DNA of 24,703 nucleotides, taken from the NCBI GenBank assembly GCA_012511525.1, contig JAAZFW010000099.1, positions 1-24,703 on the forward strand, given 5' to 3'. Source of the DNA: Clostridiaceae bacterium. GTDB lineage: Bacteria; Bacillota; Clostridia; Saccharofermentanales; UBA5734. Made by a program: the position numbers and the translations under genes. The notes below the pieces were generated by a model. That model did not search any database. It was given only the letters and a program-made list of their open reading frames with translations, and was not told the DNA's origin. Shown piece by piece: positions 1 to 8,320 of this stretch (the stretch's first letter is position 1; each line of letters opens with the position of its first letter).

Positions 1-2
1 CC

Positions 3-1307
3 CAATCGGCCGAACGCGGGGCGGCGGCGCTGCTGATCGATGATGCGAAAGCGCTGTCCGGAAATCCTGACCTGACCGTGCCGGTCCTGCTGGTGCCGGA
101 CACGCTCAAGGCCCTGCAGGATTTGGCGGCCGGTTATCGCCAGACCTTGCCCGGCCGCGTCGTGGCCGTCACGGGTTCGGTCGGCAAGACATCGACCCGC
201 CAGATGGTCGCCGCCTGCCTCGAACCTGCCCTGCGCGTCTATCAGACAACGGCCAACCGTAACAACGAGATCGGACTGCCGGAGACCTTGCTGGGCGCGA
301 GTCGCCAGGACGAGGCGGTCGTCGTCGAGCTGGGCATGCGGGGGCGCGGTGAAATCAGCCTGCTGAGCCGGATTGCCCGGCCGGATATCGCCCTGATCAC
401 ATGCATCGGCTGGTCGCATATCGGGCGCCTGGGCAGCCGCGAGGCGATCCTGGCAGCCAAGTGGGAGATCGTGGAAGGGCTAAAGCCCGGCGGTCTGCTG
501 ATATTGAATGCCGATGACCCGCTCCTGATCCAGGCGGTAGGCCAGTTGGCGGATGGGATCCGCCTGGCGCTGATCTGCGCGACGCCTCGGGGGCTTTCTG
601 CCGCACGGTCGCTGCCGCGCCCGCCGGCGTTCATTCTGTCGGCCGGACCGGCTGATGTATCGGCTGAGCGAACCGCCTTCACGGCCAGCTGCTTGTCTTT
701 CGGCCAACAGGATGAAACGGTTGCGGTCACCTTGCCGTTTCCCGGCCTGCACCATGTCCGCAACGCCCTGTTCGGCCTTGCGGCTGCCAAGGCCCTGGAT
801 ATGAGCCTGGATGAGGCAGCGGCGGGGGCCGCCAGCTGTCCGGTCTCCGGCAACCGCCAGAAGCTGGTTCGGTCGCACGGAATCACGATCATGGACGATT
901 CGTACAACGCGGCGCCCGAGTCGATAGAAGCCGCCCTCGAGGCCCTGGCCGTCCTGGCCGGACAATCCGGACGCAAGGTCGCGGCGCTCGGCTGCATGCT
1001 CGAACTGGGCCCTTTCGCACCAGAAGCGCATCGTCAGGTTGGCGAGCGGGTTGCCGAACTGGGCTTTGACCTGCTGCTGGCTTACGGACCGGAAGCGGAC
1101 GACCTGCTGATCGGCGCCCGCACGGTCAACCCGGAAATCCCGTCCTGCAGCTGCCAGGACCACGAGGAGATGGCTACCCGACTGTCGGCCGGTTTGCAGG
1201 CGGGCGATTTTCTCCTGGTCAAAGGTTCTCGCGGGTATGCGATGGAACATGTCACGGCTCTGCTGCTTGAGCGGTTTGACCAGGGCCGGAAAGAGGAAGA
1301 ACGATGA
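3..1307 (+). CDS. murF: UDP-N-acetylmuramoyl-tripeptide--D-alanyl-D-alanine ligase (5'-truncated by window edge)
   Basis: The frame is open from position 3 (QSAERGAAALLIDD...), so the ORF-track start at 78 is internal. Mur ligase motifs: VAVTGSVGKTST (ATP loop), NNEIGLPETLL, VVELGM, DDSYNAAPES, LLVKGSRG. Lies directly before mraY with an ATGA overlap. Confidence 0.95.
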   Translation, partial: QSAERGAAALLIDDAKALSGNPDLTVPVLLVPDTLKALQDLAAGYRQTLPGRVVAVTGSVGKTSTRQMVAACLEPALRVYQTTANRNNEIGLPETLLGASRQDEAVVVELGMRGRGEISLLSRIARPDIALITCIGWSHIGRLGSREAILAAKWEIVEGLKPGGLLILNADDPLLIQAVGQLADGIRLALICATPRGLSAARSLPRPPAFILSAGPADVSAERTAFTASCLSFGQQDETVAVTLPFPGLHHVRNALFGLAAAKALDMSLDEAAAGAASCPVSGNRQKLVRSHGITIMDDSYNAAPESIEAALEALAVLAGQSGRKVAALGCMLELGPFAPEAHRQVGERVAELGFDLLLAYGPEADDLLIGARTVNPEIPSCSCQDHEEMATRLSAGLQAGDFLLVKGSRGYAMEHVTALLLERFDQGRKEEER

Positions 1308-2311
1308 CAACGCTGTCTGTCTGGCTCCCGATGGTTATCTTCGCCCTGGCGGTCTTTGCATTGACCGTGCTGGCCGGCTTTTTCGGCCTGCCGCTGCTGC
1401 GCCGGCTGCGGGTCGGCCAGACAGTCCGTGACGACGGGCCGAAAAGCCACTTCAGCAAGAGCGGCACACCGACCTTCGGCGGCCTGTTTTTTCTCGCACC
1501 GCTTTTCCTGCTGGCCATCGCCGCCTTCTTGCTGGAGATCATTCCGGACCAGGCCGGTGTCCTGATTCTCCTGATGCTGCTGTTCGGCGCGGTGGGGTTT
1601 GTCGATGACTACATCAAGGTCCGTGTCAGCAAAAAAGGGTTGTCCGTCCGCCAGAAAACGGTGCTGTTGCTTTTGATCAGCATCGCTTTCAGCGTCTACT
1701 ACCTTTATCTGGCGCCAGAACCTGCGGTCTTCCTGCTGCCTTTGCCCGGCCAGGCCCTGCCGATCAGCGGCTGGTTTCGGCTGCCATACCTTGTTTTTGT
1801 CGTTCTGGTCTTGTTTTTCACCAGCAATTCGGTCAACCTGACCGACGGCGTCGACGGTCTGGCTTCGTCTGTGACGGCGGTCAGCGGCGTCGGCTTCTTC
1901 CTGGCCGCTTTCCTGATCCAGCCCATGACCCAGGCTGTCCAGGCGGGCGCCTTAACCGCACTGGCGATGACCGGCGCCTGCCTGGCTTTTCTGGTCTTCA
2001 ACCGCCATCCGGCCCGCGTGTTCATGGGTGATACCGGATCGCAGGCGCTGGGTGCCGGTATCGCCGGCGTTGCGCTGCTCTACGGCGCGCCCTGGCTGAT
2101 CCTGCTGATCGGGGTCATCTACATGGTCGAATCGATGTCCGTGATCATCCAAGTCATCTATTTTCGCAAGACCGGCGGCAAACGGATTTTCCGCATGTCG
2201 CCGATCCACCACCACTATGAACTGGGCGGCTGGTCGGAAGTCAAAATTGTCCGCGTTTTCACGCTGACAGCGGCTGTCGGCACGATCATCGGCCTGTTGC
2301 TGCTGCTTTGA
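1304..2311 (+). CDS. mraY: Phospho-N-acetylmuramoyl-pentapeptide transferase
   Basis: Polytopic membrane protein with KSGTPTFGG, GFVDDYIK, NSVNLTDGVDGL, VFMGDTGS and PIHHHYEL motifs. Confidence 0.97.
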   Translation: MTTLSVWLPMVIFALAVFALTVLAGFFGLPLLRRLRVGQTVRDDGPKSHFSKSGTPTFGGLFFLAPLFLLAIAAFLLEIIPDQAGVLILLMLLFGAVGFVDDYIKVRVSKKGLSVRQKTVLLLLISIAFSVYYLYLAPEPAVFLLPLPGQALPISGWFRLPYLVFVVLVLFFTSNSVNLTDGVDGLASSVTAVSGVGFFLAAFLIQPMTQAVQAGALTALAMTGACLAFLVFNRHPARVFMGDTGSQALGAGIAGVALLYGAPWLILLIGVIYMVESMSVIIQVIYFRKTGGKRIFRMSPIHHHYELGGWSEVKIVRVFTLTAAVGTIIGLLLLL

Positions 2312-2350
2312 GCAATTCGCGGCCAGGCAGACGGGAAGGAGGGGTGCCAG

Positions 2351-3778
2351 ATGAAAAATGACCGGTTCCTGCGCGGGCAGGAAAGCCGCAACCGCGACGT
2401 GGTGCGCGTCAGGCCGGACCAACTGGCCCTGCCCCCGGTCCGCCATGTCCATGCCGGACTTTTGGTCATCACCCTGATCATGGTCTGCTTCGGCCTGGTC
2501 ATGCTCTTCAGCGCCAGCATGACGGACGCCTATTCGAGCGAAGGCAACGCGCTCTTCTACGTGCTCAAGCAGGGCAGCATCACGACGATGGGCTTGATCC
2601 TGGCGCTCTTCATCGCCCTGATCCTGCCGGTCGGCCTATTCGACCATTTTTGGATGACAGCCGCGCTCTACGTGCTGACCAGCGCCCTTCTGGCCTATGT
2701 CCGCTTTTTCGGCGTTGTGATCAACGGCGCGCGGCGTTGGGTCGTGATCGGCGGCATCCAGTTTCAGCCCTCCGAGCTGGCCAAAATCGCCCTGGTCTTC
2801 TGCTTTGCCGGCTACTGCTCGATGGTCCGTCGCCGCCGCAAAGCCGGCAAACTGCGCTTCAAAACGCCCCTGCGCCAGTTCCTGGCCGACGGCTGGATCG
2901 ACATCCTGCTGCCCGGCGTCCTGCTGGCGGTGTGGATTTTGGTGATCGCCTTTCAGCCGCACCTGTCTTTTGCGGTCATCATGGCCTTTATCCTGGTCGT
3001 TTTGTTCCTGACAGCCGGGATCCGGGTGCGTGCCTGGCTGAGCGCATTCACCCAGCTGCTGGTGCTGCTCCTGGTGGTCGTCCTCTTAGGCTCGCTGGTC
3101 CTGGGCGTCATGCCGGCCGGCGAGCTGAAAAACAGCCTGAACGAGACGGTCGAAGAGAATTTCGCCCACGTCGCGAAACGCCTGGAAACCTTTACCAACC
3201 CGGAAGAAGCCTCGTCCGACGACCGGCACCAGATCCGCCAGTCCCTGATCGCGATCGGCTCGGGCGGCCTGACGGGGGTCGGCCTGGGCAAGGGCCGCCA
3301 GAAGTACAACTATCTGCCGGAAGCCCACAACGATTTTGTTTTCGCGATCATCGGCGAGGAACTCGGTTTCCTGGGTGCATCCTCGATCGTGATCCTTTTC
3401 TTGCTTTTCATGCTGATCGGCATCAGCATCACACGCAATGCCGCCAATACGTTTTGCGCTTTGCTGGCCGGCGGATACACCATGCTGATCAGCATCCAGG
3501 CGTTTTTGAACATCGGCGTCGCCACAGAGACACTGCCGACCACCGGGATATCCCTGCCGTTTTTCAGCTACGGCGGGACCTCCAATTTGTTTTTCCTGGT
3601 GGCGATCGGGTTCATCCTGGCTGTTTCGCGCACCGGCCAGCGGCTCTCCTCTGTCCGAACCCTGGAACGGGAGGCGAAACCGGGGAGCGAACCGGCCAGC
3701 CGGACCGGCGAAGACCTTGAGCGCCAAGCTTACCTGAGATCGCTCGAGCAAGAAAATCAAATGGCAGGTGATTCATGA
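2351..3778 (+). CDS. ftsW: SEDS-family peptidoglycan glycosyltransferase (FtsW/SpoVE-type)
   Basis: Motifs NGARRW, FQPSELAK, GSGGLTGVGLG, LPEAHNDFVFAIIGEELG (catalytic Asp present) and TTGISLPFFSYGGTS. RBS AAGGAGG upstream. Positioned between mraY and murG. Confidence 0.92.
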   Translation: MKNDRFLRGQESRNRDVVRVRPDQLALPPVRHVHAGLLVITLIMVCFGLVMLFSASMTDAYSSEGNALFYVLKQGSITTMGLILALFIALILPVGLFDHFWMTAALYVLTSALLAYVRFFGVVINGARRWVVIGGIQFQPSELAKIALVFCFAGYCSMVRRRRKAGKLRFKTPLRQFLADGWIDILLPGVLLAVWILVIAFQPHLSFAVIMAFILVVLFLTAGIRVRAWLSAFTQLLVLLLVVVLLGSLVLGVMPAGELKNSLNETVEENFAHVAKRLETFTNPEEASSDDRHQIRQSLIAIGSGGLTGVGLGKGRQKYNYLPEAHNDFVFAIIGEELGFLGASSIVILFLLFMLIGISITRNAANTFCALLAGGYTMLISIQAFLNIGVATETLPTTGISLPFFSYGGTSNLFFLVAIGFILAVSRTGQRLSSVRTLEREAKPGSEPASRTGEDLERQAYLRSLEQENQMAGDS

Positions 3779-4896
3779 TGGCAGGTTACCGTTACATTCT
3801 TTCCGGGGGCGGCACCAGCGGCCATGTGAACCCTGCCCTGGCGATTGCCGAGGCCATCCGCCAGGCTGATCCCGAGGCCGAGATCCGCTTTTACGGCACC
3901 GAACGGGGCATCGAGTCCGACCTGGTCGCACGGGCCGGCTACGCGTTCCAGGCGATCGAAGCGCGGCCGCTGCCCGGACGCCCGTCTCCCGCGATGGTCA
4001 GGGCCGCCTGGTCCTTTTGGCGCGGCCGCAGGCAATGCCGCCAGCTGATGCGCCAGTTCCGGCCGCACATCGTGATCGGCACCGGCGGCTATGTCGCAAG
4101 TCCGGTCGTATCAGCCGCTTCCTCGCTGGGCATACCGGTCCTGCTGCATGAGCAGAACGCTTTCCCCGGCCGTTCGAACCGCCTGATGGCGCGTCAAAGT
4201 CAACAGGTCTGCGTCGCGTTTCCAGGTACGGAACGCCATTTTCCCCGTCATGTGCCTATCGCCGTCACCGGCAATCCGGTCCGCCCGGCCTTTTTCAGCC
4301 AGGATCGCCAGGCGGTGCGGGAGCGTCTGCACCAGGAAGGAGAACGTCCCCTGGTTCTGGCTATGGGCGGAAGCCTGGGTGCGCGCACGATCAACCAGGC
4401 GATCCTCAGCTTGACGGACTGGGTTCACGAAATGGAAAGAGAGGGACATGTGCTTCCGCGGGTCGTCCTGGCTGCCGGCCAGCGTCAGTACGCGTCCATA
4501 GCGGCTGCGGCGGCCGCGGAAGGCCGCTGGCTCGAAGTCCATGACTACATCCACAACATCCAGGAGTGGATGGCTGCCGCCGACCTTTTGATTTGCCGGT
4601 CCGGCGCTTTGACCTGCTCTGAAATCGCGGCGCTGGGCCGTCCCGCAATCCTCGTGCCGTATCCCTACGCAGCCGGCGACCACCAGACCTTCAACGCGCG
4701 GGTGCTGGCTGACGCCGGTGGCGCCCTGCTTTGCCCTGACGCGCAGCTGACCGGGACCTGGCTCGCCTCGCGGCTGGATCAGCTCCTGAACCAGCCGGAT
4801 CAGCTGGAATCGATGGGCCGCCAGGCGGCAAGTCTGGCCAGACCTGACGCGGCCGCGGCGATTTGCGAACATGTCATGCGCCTGATCAGGCCGTGA
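3778..4896 (+). CDS. murG: Undecaprenyl-PP-MurNAc-pentapeptide GlcNAc transferase
   Basis: Motifs GGGTSGH, GTGGYVA, HEQNAFPG, TGNPVR, GGSLGA and RSGALTCSE...HQTFNA. Start is ATG 3778 (7 nt after AGGTG) or ATG 3775; both overlap the ftsW stop. Confidence 0.96.
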   Translation: MAGYRYILSGGGTSGHVNPALAIAEAIRQADPEAEIRFYGTERGIESDLVARAGYAFQAIEARPLPGRPSPAMVRAAWSFWRGRRQCRQLMRQFRPHIVIGTGGYVASPVVSAASSLGIPVLLHEQNAFPGRSNRLMARQSQQVCVAFPGTERHFPRHVPIAVTGNPVRPAFFSQDRQAVRERLHQEGERPLVLAMGGSLGARTINQAILSLTDWVHEMEREGHVLPRVVLAAGQRQYASIAAAAAAEGRWLEVHDYIHNIQEWMAAADLLICRSGALTCSEIAALGRPAILVPYPYAAGDHQTFNARVLADAGGALLCPDAQLTGTWLASRLDQLLNQPDQLESMGRQAASLARPDAAAAICEHVMRLIRP

Positions 4897-5726
4897 AAAC
4901 GCTAACCTCCAAGGACCGGCCGGCCAGAACGCCGCATCGGCTCCGGTTCCGCCTGCTAGGCTGGCCGGTGTCGCTTGCGATCCTGTTTCTGGCCGTCTGG
5001 CTCCTGCCTGTTTTCCGTTTGCAGCGCTTCGCCTGGGCGGGCGAGCTGCGCAGCCTGCACGCGGCCGGCATTGAAGCGGCCAGCGGGTTGACAAACGGGC
5101 AGCACCTGTTCGCAGGTCTGGGCGGCTCATGGGACCACTGGCTCGGCCTGCGCTACGGGACAGCAGAAGAACAAATCGCGGCCGCTTTCCCGGTTATCAA
5201 GTCGGTCAAGGTGTCGCTTGATCTGCCCGGGCAGGTGGTTTTCCGGATTGAGGAGCGCATCGAGGTCGCCTGGCTTGCCATTCCTGACGGCTGTGTCATG
5301 ATCGATAAGGATGGTGTCGCCATGGGGATCCAGGCGGACCGGCCGGGGCAGATCCCGCTGATCGAAGGCCTGACCATCCGCTCGATGACCCTGGGACAAG
5401 CCCTGGAGGCCGACACCCCTGACGCCCTGCATCGCGCGGTGGGCCTGCTCGGTGCTATAATTGAGGCGGACCGCGACACGCGTCCGCAGGTGTTCCTGCT
5501 TGGGCAAGTCAGCCAGATCCGCCCGGTCAGCGGCCGCCTACTCTATATGACGCTGGTCGTCCCGGACACCGGCGAAGCGATTTCGGTTCGTGCCGAGATC
5601 GGGCCTGAACTGACAGAACACATGCTCTGGCTGCGCTTCGCCATCGACCAGGACGTGCTGAACGGCCGCGGCAAAGGCATCCTGGACCTGACCGGCGGCA
5701 ACCGGACGTTTATCCCGGATGCATGA
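4893..5726 (+). CDS. ftsQ: Cell division protein FtsQ/DivIB-like (TM + POTRA-like domain)
   Basis: Basic N-terminus, one TM segment, then POTRA-like patterns (IEAASGLTNGQHLF; FPVIKSVKVSLDLPGQVVFRIEER). Follows murG. GTG 4893 overlaps the murG stop (GTGA), so I prefer it to the track start at 4863. Divergent; call rests on pattern and synteny. Confidence 0.75.
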   Translation: MKTLTSKDRPARTPHRLRFRLLGWPVSLAILFLAVWLLPVFRLQRFAWAGELRSLHAAGIEAASGLTNGQHLFAGLGGSWDHWLGLRYGTAEEQIAAAFPVIKSVKVSLDLPGQVVFRIEERIEVAWLAIPDGCVMIDKDGVAMGIQADRPGQIPLIEGLTIRSMTLGQALEADTPDALHRAVGLLGAIIEADRDTRPQVFLLGQVSQIRPVSGRLLYMTLVVPDTGEAISVRAEIGPELTEHMLWLRFAIDQDVLNGRGKGILDLTGGNRTFIPDA

Positions 5727-5741
5727 TGAGGAGGTTGGACG

Positions 5742-6140
5742 ATGTTTCCCATTCTTGGCTTGCTGCTTGGCCTGATCATCGGCCTGATCTGGAACCTGAA
5801 CATTCCGGACGCCTATTCATCCTACGTGGCGGTCGGGATCCTGGCCGTTCTGGATTCCGTGATCGGCGCCATGACCGCCAACTTGCAGAACCGGTTCAAC
5901 ATCCGGCTGTTCCTGACAGGGTTCCTGGGCAATACGGCAATCGCCGTGGCGCTGGCCGCGCTGGGTGACCAGCTCAATCTCCAGCTGAGCCTGGCGGCCG
6001 TGTTCGCGTTCGGCAACCGGATTTTCATCAATTTCTCGACCATTCGGCGTTTGCTGTTGGAACGCTGGGACAATCGGCGCCGTCCCGCCGGCACGGATCC
6101 TGAGAAAGCGGACGGGCGCGATCCCGTTCAGCCGTCATGA
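5742..6140 (+). CDS. sbp: Small basic protein family (Sbp/DUF1290) membrane protein
   Basis: YVAVGILAVLDSVIGA...FLTGFLGNTAIA...AAVFAFGNRIFINFSTIRR matches the Sbp family pattern. RBS GAGGAGG at 5728-5734. dcw location is typical. Confidence 0.85.
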   Translation: MFPILGLLLGLIIGLIWNLNIPDAYSSYVAVGILAVLDSVIGAMTANLQNRFNIRLFLTGFLGNTAIAVALAALGDQLNLQLSLAAVFAFGNRIFINFSTIRRLLLERWDNRRRPAGTDPEKADGRDPVQPS

Positions 6141-6148
6141 TCTGCCTT

Positions 6149-6195
6149 TGTCAATATCTTGTAAGGAGAATTTAAAATAACACTAAATATTGTTG
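6149..6195. promoter_or_regulatory. Tandem NrdR-box-like operator pair
   Basis: ACACTAAATATTGTTG (6180-6195) matches 13/16 of the recalled consensus acaCwAtATaTwGtgt. TGTCAATATCTTGTAA (6149-6164) matches the core only. The two are offset by 31 bp with a 15-bp linker. Confidence 0.6.
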
Positions 6196-6221
6196 TGTCG
6201 TTTGTCATCTTAGTGTAAAAT
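6193..6221 (+). promoter_or_regulatory. Putative sigma-A promoter for ftsZ
   Basis: TTGTGT (6193-6198), 17 bp, TAAAAT (6216-6221) in an AT-rich intergenic island. An alternative upstream pair is TTGTCA (6148-6153), 17 bp, TTTAAA (6171-6176). Confidence 0.5.
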
Positions 6222-6332
6222 TGGAAAAGAATAAGGGTGTCTGTCTGCTCCGGCCACCTTGCGCTCCGGAGACAGTCGTTTACAAAAACATACAGATAGC
6301 CAGGGCAGCTTAGGCTGAGAGGGGTTGATGGC

Positions 6333-7787
6333 TTGTCAGACTATAAAATGGGATTTGGAATGGATAACGATCACTTTGCGACCATCAAGGTCATAGGCAT
6401 CGGCGGCGGCGGATGCAACGCGGTTGACCGCATGATCAACGGTGATGTTCAGGGCATCGAATTTATCACGGTCAACACGGATAACCAGGCGCTGATGCGG
6501 ACCAATTCCAGCAATCGGATCCAGATCGGCGAGAAAATCACCCGCGGACTCGGGGCCGGCGCCAATCCCGAAATCGGCGAAAAGGCCGCCAACGAGTCGA
6601 AAGATGAAATCGCCCAGCTGATTCGCGGAACCGACATGCTGTTCATCACGGCCGGCATGGGCGGCGGTACCGGTACCGGCGGGGCCCCGGTCATCGCCCA
6701 AATCGCCCGGGAACTGGGTATCCTGACGGTCGGTGTCGTCACGCGGCCCTTCCGTTTTGAAGGGTCGCGGCGCATGCAGAATGCCGAACGCGGCATCCGC
6801 GAAATGGAGAAATATGTCGACTCCCTGATTGTCGTGCCCAATGACAAGCTGCTGGAGATCGCAACCGAAGACACCACGCTCGACGAAGCCTTCACCCTGG
6901 CCGACCAGGTCCTCAAGTACGGCGTTTCCGGCATTTCCGACCTGGTCGCTGTGCCCGGATTGATCAATCTCGACCTGGCCGATGTCCGCCGTGTCATGAC
7001 CCAGGCAGGTGTCTGCCATATGGGGATCGGCCGCGCTTCCGGCGAAGGCCGCGCGGCCAATGCCATCCGGCAGGCGATTAACAGCCCGCTGCTGGACACG
7101 ACGATCGACGGTGCGCGCGGTGTGATCATCAACTTCACCGGCGGCCGCGACATGCGGATCCGCGAAGTCGATGAGGCGGCCTCGATCGTACGCGACGCCG
7201 TATCGCCAGATGCAGACATCATCTTCGGCGCGGTGATTGACCCGGAAATGGAAGATGACATCATGATCACGGTCATCGCCAGCGGGTTTGACCGCGAAAT
7301 AGCGCCGTCCGCCCAGCCACGGACAACCGCTGCCGCCGCCCCGAGCCGCCCCAGCCCCTTTGCGGCCAAGGCGCAGCCGGCTGAACCTCAACCCGAAAAA
7401 CCGCCCGAGCAGACGGCGCCCGCCAAAAAGCAGGTCGATGAAGAGGTGTCCGAGATCCCCGACTTCCTGTCGTCAGCATTTTCCCGCCCGCAGGAGCAGC
7501 CTGCCCGTCCCCAAAGCAACAGCACGGGATTTCACACGGTAGGCACCCAGCAGGAAGCCGCAGAAGAAGACCAGACCCGGACCTTTGTCCCGTCTTACCA
7601 TAATCAGCAGCCCCGTCCGGCTCCCGAAAAAGCCGCGCCCGCCCCGCAGCCGCCCCAGGCCAGACCCCAGGAACCGGCGCGCGGCAGCGAGACTGCTGAA
7701 GAACCCGAGCCGAAACGTGAGAAGCGTTCCGGCCGTATCCTGCCCTGGTTTTTACAGGACAACAACGGCCGTTCCCAGGACTCGTAA
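6333..7787 (+). CDS. ftsZ: Cell division GTPase FtsZ with long C-terminal linker
   Basis: [14 protein letters not shown], tubulin signature [14 protein letters not shown]7 loop INLDLADV, globular domain ending VIASGFD. TTG start 8 nt after AGAGGGG. Confidence 0.98.
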   Translation: MSDYKMGFGMDNDHFATIKVIGIGGGGCNAVDRMINGDVQGIEFITVNTDNQALMRTNSSNRIQIGEKITRGLGAGANPEIGEKAANESKDEIAQLIRGTDMLFITAGMGGGTGTGGAPVIAQIARELGILTVGVVTRPFRFEGSRRMQNAERGIREMEKYVDSLIVVPNDKLLEIATEDTTLDEAFTLADQVLKYGVSGISDLVAVPGLINLDLADVRRVMTQAGVCHMGIGRASGEGRAANAIRQAINSPLLDTTIDGARGVIINFTGGRDMRIREVDEAASIVRDAVSPDADIIFGAVIDPEMEDDIMITVIASGFDREIAPSAQPRTTAAAAPSRPSPFAAKAQPAEPQPEKPPEQTAPAKKQVDEEVSEIPDFLSSAFSRPQEQPARPQSNSTGFHTVGTQQEAAEEDQTRTFVPSYHNQQPRPAPEKAAPAPQPPQARPQEPARGSETAEEPEPKREKRSGRILPWFLQDNNGRSQDS

Positions 7788-7852
7788 CGCTTTAACGGCC
7801 ACTGGACCGGGCGTCACCCGATCCAAACGCGGTAGAGTGAGGAGGTGACGGT

Positions 7853-8320
7853 ATGCGCTGTCCCTTTTGCGGACACGATGAGGACAAGGTGATCGATTCC
7901 CGTCCGGCGGACGATGGTGCGGCGATCCGCCGCCGCCGTGAATGCATCAACTGCGGGAACCGTTTCACGACCTATGAAAAAATTGAGAACCTGCCTTTGA
8001 TGGTGATCAAGAAAGACGGTTCGCGCCAGCCGTTCAACCGGGACAAGCTGATTTCCGGCATCATGAAAAGCTGCGAAAAGCGTCCGGTGTCGACCGAGCA
8101 GATCGAATCGCTGGTCGATGCCATCGAGAGCCGATACCAGAACAGCCTCAAGCGGGAGGTCCAGTCCAGGGAAATCGGCGAGCAAGTCATGGAAGGGCTG
8201 AAGCAAATCGACGAGGTCGCCTATGTTCGCTTCGCCTCTGTCTACCGCCAGTTCAAGGATGTCAGCTCATTCCTGCACGAACTCAACGAAATTCTTGGCA
8301 AGCAGGAGGAGATCCGCTGA
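7853..8320 (+). CDS. nrdR: Transcriptional repressor NrdR
   Basis: Zn ribbon MRCPFC...[17 protein letters not shown] plus ATP-cone ([16 protein letters not shown]...[13 protein letters not shown]). RBS GAGGAGGTGA. Confidence 0.97.
   Translation: MRCPFCGHDEDKVIDSRPADDGAAIRRRRECINCGNRFTTYEKIENLPLMVIKKDGSRQPFNRDKLISGIMKSCEKRPVSTEQIESLVDAIESRYQNSLKREVQSREIGEQVMEGLKQIDEVAYVRFASVYRQFKDVSSFLHELNEILGKQEEIR

Noticed and set aside
2312-2350. murD missing between mraY and ftsW
   Set aside because: murD is commonly outside the dcw cluster in Clostridia, so its absence here is not informative.
3761-3786. 9-bp direct repeat ATGGCAGGT flanking the ftsW/murG junction
   Set aside because: The first copy supplies the murG Shine-Dalgarno and the second is the start of murG. 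It is too short to support a duplication or insertion scar.
6328-6396. Short out-of-frame ORF starting at ATG 6328 overlapping the ftsZ start
   Set aside because: The ATG is only about 3 nt from the RBS, and there is no evidence of translation or conservation.
7803-7825. Hairpin after ftsZ as a terminator
   Set aside because: The stem has a mismatch and no U-tract. It is noted only as context for ftsZ-nrdR read-through.
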